Notes under the pieces: model-generated
The model's input: the letters and a program-made list of their open reading frames with translations, nothing else
Databases searched by the model: none
Told to the model about the DNA's origin: nothing
Position numbers and translations under genes: made by a program
DNA from: Nanobdellati archaeon
GTDB taxonomy: Archaea; Nanobdellota; Nanobdellia; Woesearchaeales; JAADFO01
Direction: 5' to 3'
Length of the DNA stretch: 37,709 bases
Assembly: GCA_013152815.1 (NCBI GenBank)
Contig: JAADFO010000003.1
Location: forward strand, 1-37,709
Shown here: positions 18,887-29,523 of the stretch, one piece after another
Layout: every line of letters begins with the position of its first letter
Numbering within the stretch: the stretch's first letter is position 1

Positions 18887-19633
18887 CTATTTCTTCTCCT
18901 CCTTCTTTTCAGGGGCACCAGCAGCAGGCTTCTCAGCCTCATCTTCAGGAAGGATCTCCTTGATGACCTGTTCAGGTATCTTCAGTTCCTGGAGTTTGTG
19001 TTTGATGGCCGAGGAAGGCTTTCCTTTCATCTCTGAAAGTGTCTGTTTGGCGATATTGGTGAATTCCTCACGCCTCTTCTCCAGCTCTTCAGCAAGCCGT
19101 TTCTTTTCCTCATCGAGGGTCTTGAGCTCCTCTGCGGAAAGTTCGGTCTTCTCGAGACGGATGGCCTCGTCAAAGGTTCCCTCATTGATGCGACCGATGG
19201 TCTCCAGGGCAGGTGTCCCTTCCACGAGGATCCCCATGCTCTGACATGTTCCCACGATCTCCTTGACCTTCTCCTTCAGGGTCTTGCCGAGCAGACTATC
19301 CTCTTTCATCTTTGCGATCTTGATGATCTGCTCTATCTTCAGGTCTGCCACTTTGTCGGTGAGCGGATTCGATGCCCCTTTCTTGATGCCTGCCTCTTTG
19401 ATGATCAGAGAGGAAGCAGGGGGGGTACCTATCTCGATCTCGAATGCCTTTGTTTCGGAATCGATGAGCACCTTCACAGGCACTTGCATACCCTGAAAGC
19501 TCGCTGTCTTCTTGTTGATCTCGCTGACGACCTGACCGATATTGACTCCCATGGGTCCGAGTGCAGGTCCCAGAGGAGGGGCAGCGGTCGCTTTGCCGCC
19601 CTGGATCAAAACCTCAATCTTTTCCTTTGCCAT
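18887..19633 (-). CDS. rpl11: 50S ribosomal protein uL11 with long C-terminal extension
   Basis: GGKATAAPPLGPALGPMGVN, GMQVPV, EIVGTCQSMGI; 248 aa. Confidence 0.96.
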   Translation of the reverse strand: MAKEKIEVLIQGGKATAAPPLGPALGPMGVNIGQVVSEINKKTASFQGMQVPVKVLIDSETKAFEIEIGTPPASSLIIKEAGIKKGASNPLTDKVADLKIEQIIKIAKMKEDSLLGKTLKEKVKEIVGTCQSMGILVEGTPALETIGRINEGTFDEAIRLEKTELSAEELKTLDEEKKRLAEELEKRREEFTNIAKQTLSEMKGKPSSAIKHKLQELKIPEQVIKEILPEDEAEKPAAGAPEKKEEKK

Positions 19634-19771
19634 GATGATTTCCTCGCTTTGGTTGATGATGAGCCTTTATTTCGGCTTATCGCCACAGGAGTTGTCCTGA
19701 ACAGAGCAGGTCCTGGACGGATGTTTTCCGGTCGACGTCGTTTATCCGCATTGTTATATATTTTATCATAT

Positions 19772-20479
19772 TTATATGTCCTCATCCTCGTCACGACGGA
19801 TGACCTTGATGGAATCCATCTTCAGGGTGATCGGTATGGGGACCGCTGCCTCAAGCAGCTCGACAACGACCTCTTCTTTGGTCTTGTCGATACGGGTGAT
19901 CTTGCACTTTTCACGCTTGAAGGGACCGGAGATTATCTCTGCTATGTCATTCTTGCGGATATTGATGTCACGTTTCACCTGAGCCAGCATATGCTCGATC
20001 TCTTCATAGGCTATCTCTTTGGGAAGGATTCCTCGTGCATAGGGAACATTGAACGCCGCCTGTTCTGCGTCGCTCTTGGTCGTGGCCTCAAGGAAGATAT
20101 ACCCCCGCATGCCATGCGGTCTGATTACCGACAGGACCTTCAGCTTTCGTTTCGCAGCATTGCTGGAGACGAAATCCATGACCTGATCCTCCCGGTTGGC
20201 GGTCGTCCGAAGGCCGAACAGCTTGGTGTCCATCTTTGCCCGGACCTCTTTCTCCGGTTTTTTTTCTTCTTCAGGAGTCTCCTCGACCCGGGGGGCATGT
20301 TCTGCATCTTTCGGTAGTCTGGAGCGGACTTTGATGTGGATGCCTGAGGAGGAGCCGGTTTCCCCTTTATTGAATTCGGCAAGCATCTCATCTTCATGTT
20401 CGTCCGGCAGGTCCGACTTCAGCGTGCTAACGTCGTCCTTCGCAGGTTCTTCTGTTGCTTTCTTGTTTTTATCGCTCAT
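19772..20479 (-). CDS. spt5: Transcription elongation factor Spt5 (NusG homolog)
   Basis: RTTANRE, GYIFLE NGN domain; EIISGPFKREK KOW motif; VELLEAAVPIPIT. Confidence 0.95.
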   Translation of the reverse strand: MSDKNKKATEEPAKDDVSTLKSDLPDEHEDEMLAEFNKGETGSSSGIHIKVRSRLPKDAEHAPRVEETPEEEKKPEKEVRAKMDTKLFGLRTTANREDQVMDFVSSNAAKRKLKVLSVIRPHGMRGYIFLEATTKSDAEQAAFNVPYARGILPKEIAYEEIEHMLAQVKRDINIRKNDIAEIISGPFKREKCKITRIDKTKEEVVVELLEAAVPIPITLKMDSIKVIRRDEDEDI

Positions 20480-20502
20480 GGTGATTCCTCGTCATGACAG
20501 TA

Positions 20503-20676
20503 TCATACAAAGATGCTCTTTATCAGATGGATGATGAATCCGATAAGGCCGATGATGATGATCCCGAGTCCGGTGACCTTTGAGATGGTCATGAATTCGA
20601 ACTTGTCAGGTTTCTTCGTCACACGCAATACACGTATGCTTTCCTGCACGAACAGCTTGAACTTTTGCCATTTCAT
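20503..20676 (-). CDS. secE: Protein translocase subunit SecE/Sec61-gamma
   Basis: Hand-translated, absent from the ORF track: MKWQKFKLFVQESIRVLRVTKKPDKFEFMTISKVTGLGIIIIGLIGFIIHLIKSIFV (57 aa); canonical position between ftsZ and spt5. Confidence 0.95.
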   Translation of the reverse strand: MKWQKFKLFVQESIRVLRVTKKPDKFEFMTISKVTGLGIIIIGLIGFIIHLIKSIFV

Positions 20677-20843
20677 TTTTTATGCTCCATGGGACGCAAT
20701 CTCTTCTTTCGCATCTCTTCCTTTTTTCTTTTATATTTTATATCTTTTATTTTCTTTTATGTCTTGATTTTCTTTCATATTCTGTTCAGAGGTATCTGTT
20801 CTCTTCTTTCTTTTCTTCCTCTGTGTTCCTGTGGTCAGTCAGG

Positions 20844-22052
20844 TCAGTCGATGAACTCTATGCCCAGTTCCCGTTCGATCTCTTTCTGAGGGCTGTCCTT
20901 TGTCCGGGTCCCTCCCAGTATCTGGCTTGAGTGGACACCGGTGACGATGAGCATGGTGCGGATGGAGTTGGCCATGTCCTCGCTGATGTGGGCGCCCCAG
21001 ATGATCCGGGCGTCCTCGTCCAGACGTTCGGAGACAGCCTCGATGACTTTCCTGGCCTCGTCAAGGGTCATGTCGTTCCCGCCCATGACATTGATGAGCG
21101 CTCCGGACGCTCCCTGGATATCCACGTCCAACAGCGGGTTGTTGATCGCTTTCTCCACCGCATCGATGGCACGGTGTTCTGAATCGGATTCGCCTACACC
21201 GATGAGCGCTACACCGCCATCAGACATGATCGCGCGGATGTCTGCGAAATCCAGGTTGACGAGCCCGGTCTTGGTGACAAGTTCGGCGATCCCTTTCACC
21301 GCATTGGTGAGGATCTCATCGGCGACCTTGAATGCAGTATGGAGCGGCAGGTTCGGCGCAAGTTCCAGGAGCTTGTCGTTGGGGATGACGATCAGGGTAT
21401 CCACCAGCCGTTCAAGCTGTTCCAGGCCGATGATGGCGTTCTCATAGCGGCGCTGGCCTTCCATGGTAAATGGCAGGGTGACGATACCGACCGTGAGACA
21501 ACCGAGCTTCTTTGCGATCTCTGCTATGACCGGTGCCGACCCTGTTCCGGTGCCTCCTCCGAGGCCACAGGTGATGAAGACCATGTCTGAGTGTTCGAGG
21601 GATTTCTTCACGTCATGCTCTGATTCCCTGGCAGCTTCTTCTCCCACCTTGGGGATGGACCCGGCACCCAGACCCTGGGTAAGGTCGCGGCCGATGAGGA
21701 TCTTCTTGTCTGCGGTAGTATACAGCAGGTCCTGCGCATCAGTGTTGACAGCGATGGTCTCGACTCCGTAGACACCGACTTCGGTGATCCTGTTGATGGT
21801 GTTGTTCCCGCCGCCGCCGGCTCCGACGACCTTTATGGTCGCTTTCTGTCGGGAGAGCAGATTCTCGAGCTCATCATCGAGAACATTGGGCAATTTCTCT
21901 TCCTGCTCCAGATGGGACACAGGCCTATGAGGCGGGTTTGTCTTCACCGCCATCTTCACCGAGGAAGCTGTTTCATTCCCCTGGTCATTTCTCGATAGGT
22001 CTATGCCCTGTCCCTGTTCACGTGAATTGTCCTCTGCGATGAAATCATCCAT
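20844..22052 (-). CDS. ftsZ: Cell division protein FtsZ (FtsZ1 type by context)
   Basis: [35 protein letters not shown]. Confidence 0.98.
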   Translation of the reverse strand: MDDFIAEDNSREQGQGIDLSRNDQGNETASSVKMAVKTNPPHRPVSHLEQEEKLPNVLDDELENLLSRQKATIKVVGAGGGGNNTINRITEVGVYGVETIAVNTDAQDLLYTTADKKILIGRDLTQGLGAGSIPKVGEEAARESEHDVKKSLEHSDMVFITCGLGGGTGTGSAPVIAEIAKKLGCLTVGIVTLPFTMEGQRRYENAIIGLEQLERLVDTLIVIPNDKLLELAPNLPLHTAFKVADEILTNAVKGIAELVTKTGLVNLDFADIRAIMSDGGVALIGVGESDSEHRAIDAVEKAINNPLLDVDIQGASGALINVMGGNDMTLDEARKVIEAVSERLDEDARIIWGAHISEDMANSIRTMLIVTGVHSSQILGGTRTKDSPQKEIERELGIEFID

Positions 22053-22106
22053 CCTGAAGCCCTCCGCTGCCGTTGGCAGACAGGGAAATTATGGAATCGC
22101 TCCTAT

Positions 22107-22811
22107 TTAAACCTTGTTGTTTGTTTTTTCGTCGCTTTCATCGACGGTGATTGATGAAACCTGAGGGATGAGTTTCTGCACCCGTTCAGTGACAGTTTTC
22201 CGGAGTTCTGGAGGGAACTTCGGCGGGACATGAATGATGAGCTCTCCCTTGGGATCCTTCTGGGGATCCTTCCTGGCTTCCACCCGGGGGAGAAAACCGA
22301 ATTCGTTGTTGATGGTCCAGGCGGCCTGCAACGCAGGATCGAGGACACGCCGGATGATGGTGATCTCATAGGAGACCTCTCTTCCTGCAAGAGGGTTGTT
22401 CATGTCGACGAGCGTCCTCGCGCCTGAGATGGTCTTGACGATCCCCAGGGTGCCGTCGATGCTCACCTGCATGCCTGGCTCCGGTCTGATGCCTTCCTTG
22501 CGGAAGTGGTTCGTCGATACGAGACGCATGAGCGACGCATCCTTCTTTCCGAAGGCCTGGTCAGGGGCCAGCAGGATAGTCTTTTCGTTCCCGATTGTCG
22601 AGGACTCCAGTGCCTGTTCCAGACCAGGAAGGATATGGTTCTCGCCGAGACAGATGATCTTCCTTCCGAGTTCCTCCGGCCGATAGTTGAGCTCGTTCGC
22701 TTCAGCGATGTCCTTCTCGGTGGTATCGAATACTGCACCGGTATCGGTGACCTTGCCGGTGAAAGCTATCTCTATGAAATCTCCCCTGTGAACCGTTTCC
22801 TCCTTTGCCAT
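22107..22811 (-). CDS. slyD: FKBP-type peptidyl-prolyl isomerase (SlyD-like, long archaeal type)
   Basis: GDFIEIAFTG, VFDTT, GLEQAL, P.QAFG, VDMNNPLAG. Confidence 0.92.
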   Translation of the reverse strand: MAKEETVHRGDFIEIAFTGKVTDTGAVFDTTEKDIAEANELNYRPEELGRKIICLGENHILPGLEQALESSTIGNEKTILLAPDQAFGKKDASLMRLVSTNHFRKEGIRPEPGMQVSIDGTLGIVKTISGARTLVDMNNPLAGREVSYEITIIRRVLDPALQAAWTINNEFGFLPRVEARKDPQKDPKGELIIHVPPKFPPELRKTVTERVQKLIPQVSSITVDESDEKTNNKV

Positions 22812-23024
22812 GCGGATACCTCTTTGCTTTCCATTCTAGCTCGGAAAAAAGCACGAGAAGAACGGTTCCAGATGAATCCAACCCTCTTTATAAAGGTTTC
22901 GTTCGCTACGCACAGGATCGACAGGCCGGACGAACAGGGATGGCGGGGACTGCTTTGAAAAGATGAAAAAAAGGGCACGCTGCAAAGGAGGTGATGGACA
23001 GAGAGCGTGGATAGAAAGCAGGCC

Positions 23025-23576
23025 TCATTTCGGCGGATGAACCGGCAGATGAAGGAGGACCTGTTCTGCCACCTCGTCGACCGTCATCGATGTGGTATCG
23101 ATGACCAGATCATAGAGCTCTTCCTTCAACGGATCAAGGCCATAATATTTCTGGTAGCGGCGAGAATCGCTTGCCATCCGCTCTGCGATGGCAGCAGCCA
23201 CCTCCTCAGGGGAACCATAGGATGCTTCATCGCTTCGGTTTGCAAGGTCTTTATAGATGCGTGCAGCGCCGACGGCAGCATCGCATTTGAGGAACAGCTT
23301 GAATGACTGAGGGATGAAGTGGAAGGACAGCCGTCCATCGATGATGAAATTGTCCTCTGTCTCACCAAGACGTTTCTGGTAGGCATCAGCATCCCTGTCG
23401 GTGAATGCCTCTTTCTCTCCGATCCTGTTGAATTCGTCTATGGTCAGGCCGCGCTCCTTGGCCATCTTTCCCCTGAGGTCGCCGATGGAGTAACGTTTCA
23501 TATGAAGCTTCTTTGCGAGGACATCGGCGACAGTCGATTTCCCTGCACCCGGTGTTCCTGAGATGGTGATGATCAT
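23025..23576 (-). CDS. cmk: Cytidylate kinase (archaeal type)
   Basis: ITISGTPGAGKST P-loop, DGRLS, RY.KYYG, YDLVIDT. Confidence 0.92.
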   Translation of the reverse strand: MIITISGTPGAGKSTVADVLAKKLHMKRYSIGDLRGKMAKERGLTIDEFNRIGEKEAFTDRDADAYQKRLGETEDNFIIDGRLSFHFIPQSFKLFLKCDAAVGAARIYKDLANRSDEASYGSPEEVAAAIAERMASDSRRYQKYYGLDPLKEELYDLVIDTTSMTVDEVAEQVLLHLPVHPPK

Positions 23577-23785
23577 GGCAGTGCGCTACACAAACATTCT
23601 TTTAAGCTTTTCCATCCTTTCGGCATATGTTTCCGCGGTTTTGGACACGGTTCGCTGGAGGGAAAGAGCGATAAGGATAATGGGCAGGAAGGCTGGGCAG
23701 AGATGCAGCGCAAGAGGGGAAAACATAAGTAAAACATAAGTAACAGAAGAAGATAAGCAACAGAAGAAATAATAACAGGAGGAGT

Positions 23786-24469
23786 GTGCACCGAAACAAG
23801 ATGGACATCGTCGAAGAAGCCTTCAGGGAACTCTATCCGGACAGGATCCCTAGCTATGAGGCCAAAATACGTTATTCAGGGAGGTTCTCTTCGTATAATG
23901 CCAACATCCTCCATCGCCAGAACAACCTCACCATCAGGATGAGCAAGGCCTGGAGAGGGGTAGACCGGGAGATCAGGAAGGGTCTCATCCAGACCCTGCT
24001 CCTCAAGCTCTTCGGCACCAGGAAGGCTCCCAAGAAGACCCTTGCCATGGACCTCTATAACATCTTTCTCCAGAATGTCCATATCGGAGTAGAGAAAGAC
24101 ACCTTCGAGCCGGATATTGCGGAATCCTTCGACAGGATGAACGAACGATACCTCAACGGCATGGTCGACAGGCCGAACCTTGTCTGGGGAACGGCTTCCA
24201 TGAGAAAGCTCGGCAGCTACGAATACGGAACAGACACCATCTCCATCTCCACCGTACTGAAGGACGCGCCGGAAGAGCTCCTCGACCTGGTGGTCTATCA
24301 TGAGATGCTCCACAAGAAATTCAAGTTCTCCACCAGGAACGGCAGGTCGTATTATCATACGCCCCAATTCAGGAAGAAAGAGCGTGAATTTTCCGATTTT
24401 GACCATTGGGAAGATGAACTCAAACGTTTTCTCCGTCGCAGAAGCCGTATTTCCTGGCTTCCGTTCTGA
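23786..24469 (+). CDS. SprT-like/DUF45 zinc metallohydrolase
   Basis: KLGSY...I.IS..L, VVYHEMLH, downstream HTPQF; start GTG 23786 or ATG 23801. Confidence 0.85.
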   Translation: MHRNKMDIVEEAFRELYPDRIPSYEAKIRYSGRFSSYNANILHRQNNLTIRMSKAWRGVDREIRKGLIQTLLLKLFGTRKAPKKTLAMDLYNIFLQNVHIGVEKDTFEPDIAESFDRMNERYLNGMVDRPNLVWGTASMRKLGSYEYGTDTISISTVLKDAPEELLDLVVYHEMLHKKFKFSTRNGRSYYHTPQFRKKEREFSDFDHWEDELKRFLRRRSRISWLPF

Positions 24470-24518
24470 GACAGAGGAAGCAATAACCTTTTTAAAGAAG
24501 TTCCTGTTATCAGGAAGC

Positions 24519-27500
24519 ATGCCTTCTGTCTATGAACCCCTGAAAGAGGAAGCCAAAGTAGCGGCCTTCTGGGAGAGCCATCGCATCCTCCAGAAGCTCA
24601 GGGAAATGACCAAAGGAGGAAAGCCCTTCTATTTTCTGGACGGTCCGCCCTATACATCAGGAAGGATCCATCTTGGGACAGCATGGAACAAATCATTGAA
24701 GGATGCAATCCTGCGCTACAAGCGCATGCAGGGTTTCAACGTATGGGACCGGGCCGGCTACGATATGCATGGCCTGCCGACGGAAAATGCCACCCAGAAG
24801 AAGCTCGGCCTGAAGACCAAGGAAGACATCCAGAAGTTCGGGATTCCCCGGTTCATCGGGGAGTGCAGGAAACTCTGCGTGTCCAATATGGAAATCATGA
24901 ACAAGGAATTCTCCCGTCTGGGCGTCTGGATGGACTTCGCCAACGCTTACCAGTCCATAACGAAAGAGTTCATGGAGGGGGAATGGTGGCTCATCAAGAA
25001 AGCGCATGAGAAAGGCCGGCTCTACGAAGGGCTCAGGACCATGACCTGGTGCACCAACACCGAATCCGCCCTCGCTAAGCATGAGCTGGAATACAGGACC
25101 CTCCGGGACGAGTCCATCTTCATCAAGATGAAGCTCAAAGGCACGAAGAACGAGTATTTCATCATCTGGACGACGACGCCATGGACCATCCCTCTGAACC
25201 TTGCCATCATGGTCAACCCTGATCTGGACTATGTCAGGGCTCAGGTCGGTGACGAGATATGGTATGTCGCAGCCGCCCTCGCCAACGTGTTCATCAGCGG
25301 CGTCGCCGAGAAGACCTACAAGGTCCTCGAGACCAGGAAAGGAAAAGACCTCGAAGGCCGGGAATATGTCCATCCGCTGCAGCAGCTGCTGCACCAGGAG
25401 TACGACCGCATCAGGAAAGGGCATCCGAAGACCCACACCGTTGTTCTCTCTTCTGAATACGTCGACACCACAGCCGGGACAGGGCTGGTCCATTGCGCCC
25501 CGGGCTGCGGCCCCGAGGACTATGAGATAGGATACCGGAACGATCTTCCTGCATGGAATCCTGTGGACGAACGCGGGGTCTTCCCAGAGAGCATGGGGCC
25601 CTTCGCTGGTCTCGTCGCCAGAAAAGACGACAGGAAGTTCATCGAGAAGCTGAAGGAGGTCGGGGCGCTCGTTGCGACAAGCATGGTCGAACACGAGTAT
25701 CCCCACGACTGGAGATATCATCAGCCGGTCATCTTCAGGACGACCAAGCAATGGTTCTTCAGGATAGAAGATCTCAAGGAGAAGATGATCAAAGACAATG
25801 AACAGATAAGCTGGGTGCCGCAGACAGCCTTCAATGCCTTCGACTCCTGGCTGAAGAACCTGCGGGACAATTCCATATCAAAACAGCGCTATTGGGGAAC
25901 TCCTCTGCCCATCTGGAGGAATGTCGAAGAAGAGGGAGATTATCTGGTCATCGGTTCTGCCGAAGAGCTGGAGACGCTCTCTGGAAAGAAGGTCGATGAT
26001 CTCCATATATCCACCGTCGACAGCATCGTCATCAGGAAGGGAGGGAAGACCTATCGCAGGATCCCTGACGTCCTGGATGTCTGGGTGGATGCCGGCACCG
26101 TCTCCTGGAACTGTCTTGATTATCCTCAGAAGGATGAGCTCTTCAGCACCCTGTTCCCTGCAGACTTCATCCTTGAAGGCAAAGACCAGATCAGGGGATG
26201 GTTCAACCTGCTCATGATCGCTTCCCAGATCGCTTTCGGAAAGCCGCCCTACACCCATGTCTACATGCATGGGTTTGTCCAGGACGCTTCCGGCAAGAAG
26301 ATGTCGAAATCACTGGGAAACATCATCACCCCTGACGAGGTGGTCGACAAGGATGGCGCAGACCTCCTCCGCTATTACCTGATCGGCGCCGCGAACCCCG
26401 GCCTTGACCTGAACTACAACAAGGACGATCTCAGGACCAAGATGAAGCATCTGCAGATACTCTGGAACCTGCATCATTATCTCATCGACTATGCAACGCA
26501 TCTTGGTATCGACCCGCAGGTGCTGGGAGGCATCGAGGACTCCTATGATCTGGAGGAACAGTATATGGTCTCCAGGATACATTCGACCATAAAAAAGGCG
26601 ACCGAACGGTTCGATGCCTATCGCATCAACGAGCTTCCTCAGGTTGTCGGGGAGCTCTTTCTGGAGCTTTCCAGGACCTATATCCAACTGACAAGAGACA
26701 AGGTAACGAAAGATGAGAAGCACAAAGCCATGTTCATCCGGGTCATCTATGAGACCATGATGGTGACGCTCAGGCTCTTCGCCCCCATCGCTCCGTTCAT
26801 CACCGAGACCATCTACCAGGACTTCCGGAAGACCTTCCATCTCAAGGCAGAATCAGTCCATCATCTCGGATGGCCGACCCATCAGGAAGGACGGATAGAT
26901 GAGACTCTTGAGTCACAGGTGGAACAGTCCAAAGCCATCATCCAGGCGATCCTCTTCGCACGGGAGAGGGCGCAGCTGGGTGTCCGTTGGCCGCTACAGC
27001 GAGCCATCATCGTCATCCGTGACAAAGAGGTCGAGGAAGCTGCAAAACGGCTTGACAGGATCATCAGGCGCCAGACCAACCTGCGGGAGATCGCGGTGGT
27101 CAGCCGTTTCGATGAAGTGAAGATGACCGTGAAGGCCAATGCAGGACCCATCGGCAAGGCGTTCAAGGACAAGGCACCATCAATCATAACCAAGCTGGCC
27201 CAGGAGTCTGCAGAATCCGTCAAGGAGCATTTCGACCATGAGGGAAAGTTCGTCATCAGACTGGGATTGGGGGAGGAAGAGGTCACCATACTTCCGGAAC
27301 AGGTGACCTTCGGCTATGTGGTGCCGGAGAAGTATGTGCAGGTACCCTTCAGGAACGGCCATCTCTATCTGGATATCATGCAGACAGAAGAGCTCGAAGC
27401 AGAGGGATTTGCCCGTGAGGTGACACGGAGGGTCCAGGAGATGAGGAAGAAGGCCGGACTGAAGAAAGCCGACAGGATCAAGCTGGTCATCTCCAGCGAC

Positions 27501-27653
27501 GAGACCCATGTGAACATGCTCAGGCAGCATATGCATTCCATAGAAGAGAAAGTGGGCGCCACCCTCTCGCTCCTCACCGAAAGGACAGCAACACAGCATC
27601 AGGAAGAGGTCAAGATAAAAGGTGTCATCTTCTCTCTGGGCTTTGATGTCTGA
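24519..27653 (+). CDS. ileS: Isoleucyl-tRNA synthetase
   Basis: LDGPPY, HLGT, GYDMHGLPTE, WTTTPWT, QRYWG, DQIRGWF, KMSKS; start moved to ATG at 24519, about 23 bp after TTTTTAAA. Confidence 0.98.
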   Translation: MPSVYEPLKEEAKVAAFWESHRILQKLREMTKGGKPFYFLDGPPYTSGRIHLGTAWNKSLKDAILRYKRMQGFNVWDRAGYDMHGLPTENATQKKLGLKTKEDIQKFGIPRFIGECRKLCVSNMEIMNKEFSRLGVWMDFANAYQSITKEFMEGEWWLIKKAHEKGRLYEGLRTMTWCTNTESALAKHELEYRTLRDESIFIKMKLKGTKNEYFIIWTTTPWTIPLNLAIMVNPDLDYVRAQVGDEIWYVAAALANVFISGVAEKTYKVLETRKGKDLEGREYVHPLQQLLHQEYDRIRKGHPKTHTVVLSSEYVDTTAGTGLVHCAPGCGPEDYEIGYRNDLPAWNPVDERGVFPESMGPFAGLVARKDDRKFIEKLKEVGALVATSMVEHEYPHDWRYHQPVIFRTTKQWFFRIEDLKEKMIKDNEQISWVPQTAFNAFDSWLKNLRDNSISKQRYWGTPLPIWRNVEEEGDYLVIGSAEELETLSGKKVDDLHISTVDSIVIRKGGKTYRRIPDVLDVWVDAGTVSWNCLDYPQKDELFSTLFPADFILEGKDQIRGWFNLLMIASQIAFGKPPYTHVYMHGFVQDASGKKMSKSLGNIITPDEVVDKDGADLLRYYLIGAANPGLDLNYNKDDLRTKMKHLQILWNLHHYLIDYATHLGIDPQVLGGIEDSYDLEEQYMVSRIHSTIKKATERFDAYRINELPQVVGELFLELSRTYIQLTRDKVTKDEKHKAMFIRVIYETMMVTLRLFAPIAPFITETIYQDFRKTFHLKAESVHHLGWPTHQEGRIDETLESQVEQSKAIIQAILFARERAQLGVRWPLQRAIIVIRDKEVEEAAKRLDRIIRRQTNLREIAVVSRFDEVKMTVKANAGPIGKAFKDKAPSIITKLAQESAESVKEHFDHEGKFVIRLGLGEEEVTILPEQVTFGYVVPEKYVQVPFRNGHLYLDIMQTEELEAEGFAREVTRRVQEMRKKAGLKKADRIKLVISSDETHVNMLRQHMHSIEEKVGATLSLLTERTATQHQEEVKIKGVIFSLGFDV

Positions 27654-27845
27654 AACCTTGCTGCCCTTATTCTTCCATTCTTCTCAGTCTCATTCTTGCA
27701 AAGCGTTCTTTCTCTTTCAAGGATACGACGATTCATAGGACTGGCATCATCACAGGAGAGTTCATAGGATGGAGTGGACGGCAAAAGGGGCTCGATGGAG
27801 AAAAAAGGAAAGCACAAGAAAAACACAAGAAAGGCAGAAACCTGC

Positions 27846-28157
27846 TCAGACATCGATCATCTCGATCTCGATGTTGAGACCCGGAGGGATAGGCACACGC
27901 ATGACCAATCGCAGGGCCCGCTCGTCGATCCCCAGGTCGATGAGCCGCTTATGGACCCTCATCTCGAACCGTTCCCAGGTTGCATAACCTTCGCCGTCAG
28001 GAGATTTTCGGGTGGTGACCTTGAGTCTCTTGGTCGGCAGAGGGATGGGCCCACGCATATCGACACCGGTCTTGTCTGCGATATCCCGTATATAATCACA
28101 GGTCTGGTTGACCTTGATGATATCGATGCTCGCCAGTTTTATTCTCGCTCGTTGCAT
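27846..28157 (-). CDS. rps10: 30S ribosomal protein uS10
   Basis: [32 protein letters not shown]. Confidence 0.98.
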   Translation of the reverse strand: MQRARIKLASIDIIKVNQTCDYIRDIADKTGVDMRGPIPLPTKRLKVTTRKSPDGEGYATWERFEMRVHKRLIDLGIDERALRLVMRVPIPPGLNIEIEMIDV

Positions 28158-28236
28158 GGTTGTTGCCTGTTGATTATCTGAGTGCGTACCCCATGATAAA
28201 ACTCAAGTTCATCATGAAAAGGAAAAGAGCAAAAGT

Positions 28237-29523
28237 TCATTCGGTCTTTTTCACGAGCTCCGTGCAGATGCCGGCTGCGACCGTTGCACCAGAATCCCTG
28301 ACGGCGAACCTTGCCAGCTGGGGGATGACTGATTGCTTCTCGATGACCAGCGGCTGCACCGGTTTCACTTTCACGAAGGCGGCGTCACCGTTCTTGATGA
28401 AGTCGGGATTCTCTTCCAGGACCTCTCCCGTGGCCGGATTGAGCTTCTTCTCGATGGCCACGATCTGGCAGGCGACCTGGGCGGTATGGATGTGGAAGAC
28501 AGGCGTATAGCCGACGGTGATGACGCTGGGATGGTTCAAGACGACTATCTGCGCGGTGAACTCCTTGGCGATGGTCGGCACATTATCCACAGGACCGAGC
28601 ACGTCTCCTTTGGCGATGTCCTTCTTGCCTATCCCTCTGACGTTGATGCCCACATTGTCCCCGGGTTCAGCGGTCTCCATCTGTTCATGATGCATCTCGA
28701 TGGACTTGATCTCTCCGGGAACGCCCTTGCCTTCTCTGCCAGGGACGACGATGACCTTCTGGCCCACTTTCATGATGCCGGTCTCGACCCTTCCGACAGG
28801 CACGACGCCGATTCCGGTGATGTTATACACATCCTGGATGGGCATCCGCAGGGGAAGGCTTGTCGGTTTCTCGGGCTCTTTGAGATTATTGATCGCATCG
28901 ATGAGACTGGGACCTGAATACCATCCCATCTTGTCTGTCTTCTTGAAGACATTGTCTCCCGGAAGAGAGGCTATGGGCACGAACTGGATCTCATCGATCT
29001 TGAATCCTGTGCTCTTCAGGAGGGCTGAGACCTGTTCCTTCACCTTATTGAAGACATCCTCAGCATAGTCCTTCATGTCCATCTTGTTGACGGCCACGAT
29101 GAGCTGCTGGACACCCAACGTCTTGGAGAGGAAGACATGCTCCTTGGTCTGGGCCATCACGCCGTCATTTGCTGCGACTACCAGGACAGCGGCATCTGCC
29201 TGCGATGCCCCGGTGATCATGTTCTTGACGAAATCCCTGTGTCCAGGAGCGTCGATGATGGTGAAATAATACTTGTCGGTCTCGAATTTCTTATGGGCAA
29301 GATCGATGGTCACGCCACGCTCCTGCTCTTCCTTGAGATTGTCCATGACAAAGGCGAATTCGAACCCTGCTTTTCCCAGCTCTGCGGCCTTCTCCTTGAG
29401 CTTTCTCATTGCCTGCTCGCCCACGTTTCCTGAGTCGAACATGAGCCTTCCTACGGTGGTGGATTTGCCGTGGTCAACATGACCGATGAAGACAAGATTA
29501 ATGTGCGGTTTGTGTTTAGCCAT
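28237..29523 (-). CDS. tuf: Translation elongation factor aEF-1 alpha
   Basis: [40 protein letters not shown]. Confidence 0.98.
   Translation of the reverse strand: MAKHKPHINLVFIGHVDHGKSTTVGRLMFDSGNVGEQAMRKLKEKAAELGKAGFEFAFVMDNLKEEQERGVTIDLAHKKFETDKYYFTIIDAPGHRDFVKNMITGASQADAAVLVVAANDGVMAQTKEHVFLSKTLGVQQLIVAVNKMDMKDYAEDVFNKVKEQVSALLKSTGFKIDEIQFVPIASLPGDNVFKKTDKMGWYSGPSLIDAINNLKEPEKPTSLPLRMPIQDVYNITGIGVVPVGRVETGIMKVGQKVIVVPGREGKGVPGEIKSIEMHHEQMETAEPGDNVGINVRGIGKKDIAKGDVLGPVDNVPTIAKEFTAQIVVLNHPSVITVGYTPVFHIHTAQVACQIVAIEKKLNPATGEVLEENPDFIKNGDAAFVKVKPVQPLVIEKQSVIPQLARFAVRDSGATVAAGICTELVKKTE

Noticed and set aside
19654..19700. Possible C/D box sRNA (ATGATGA...CTGA) between spt5 and rpl11
   Set aside because: No D'/C' boxes or terminal stem, and it is antisense to the operon
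24300..24518. N-terminal extensions on ileS (and likewise argS, gltX, DUF371) as given in the ORF track
   Set aside because: Artefacts of taking the most upstream start; they overlap neighbouring genes or TATA boxes
27654..27845. tRNA gene after rps10 or in other spacers
   Set aside because: No cloverleaf or T-loop motif found; the spacer is a purine/pyrimidine-tract region between convergent genes
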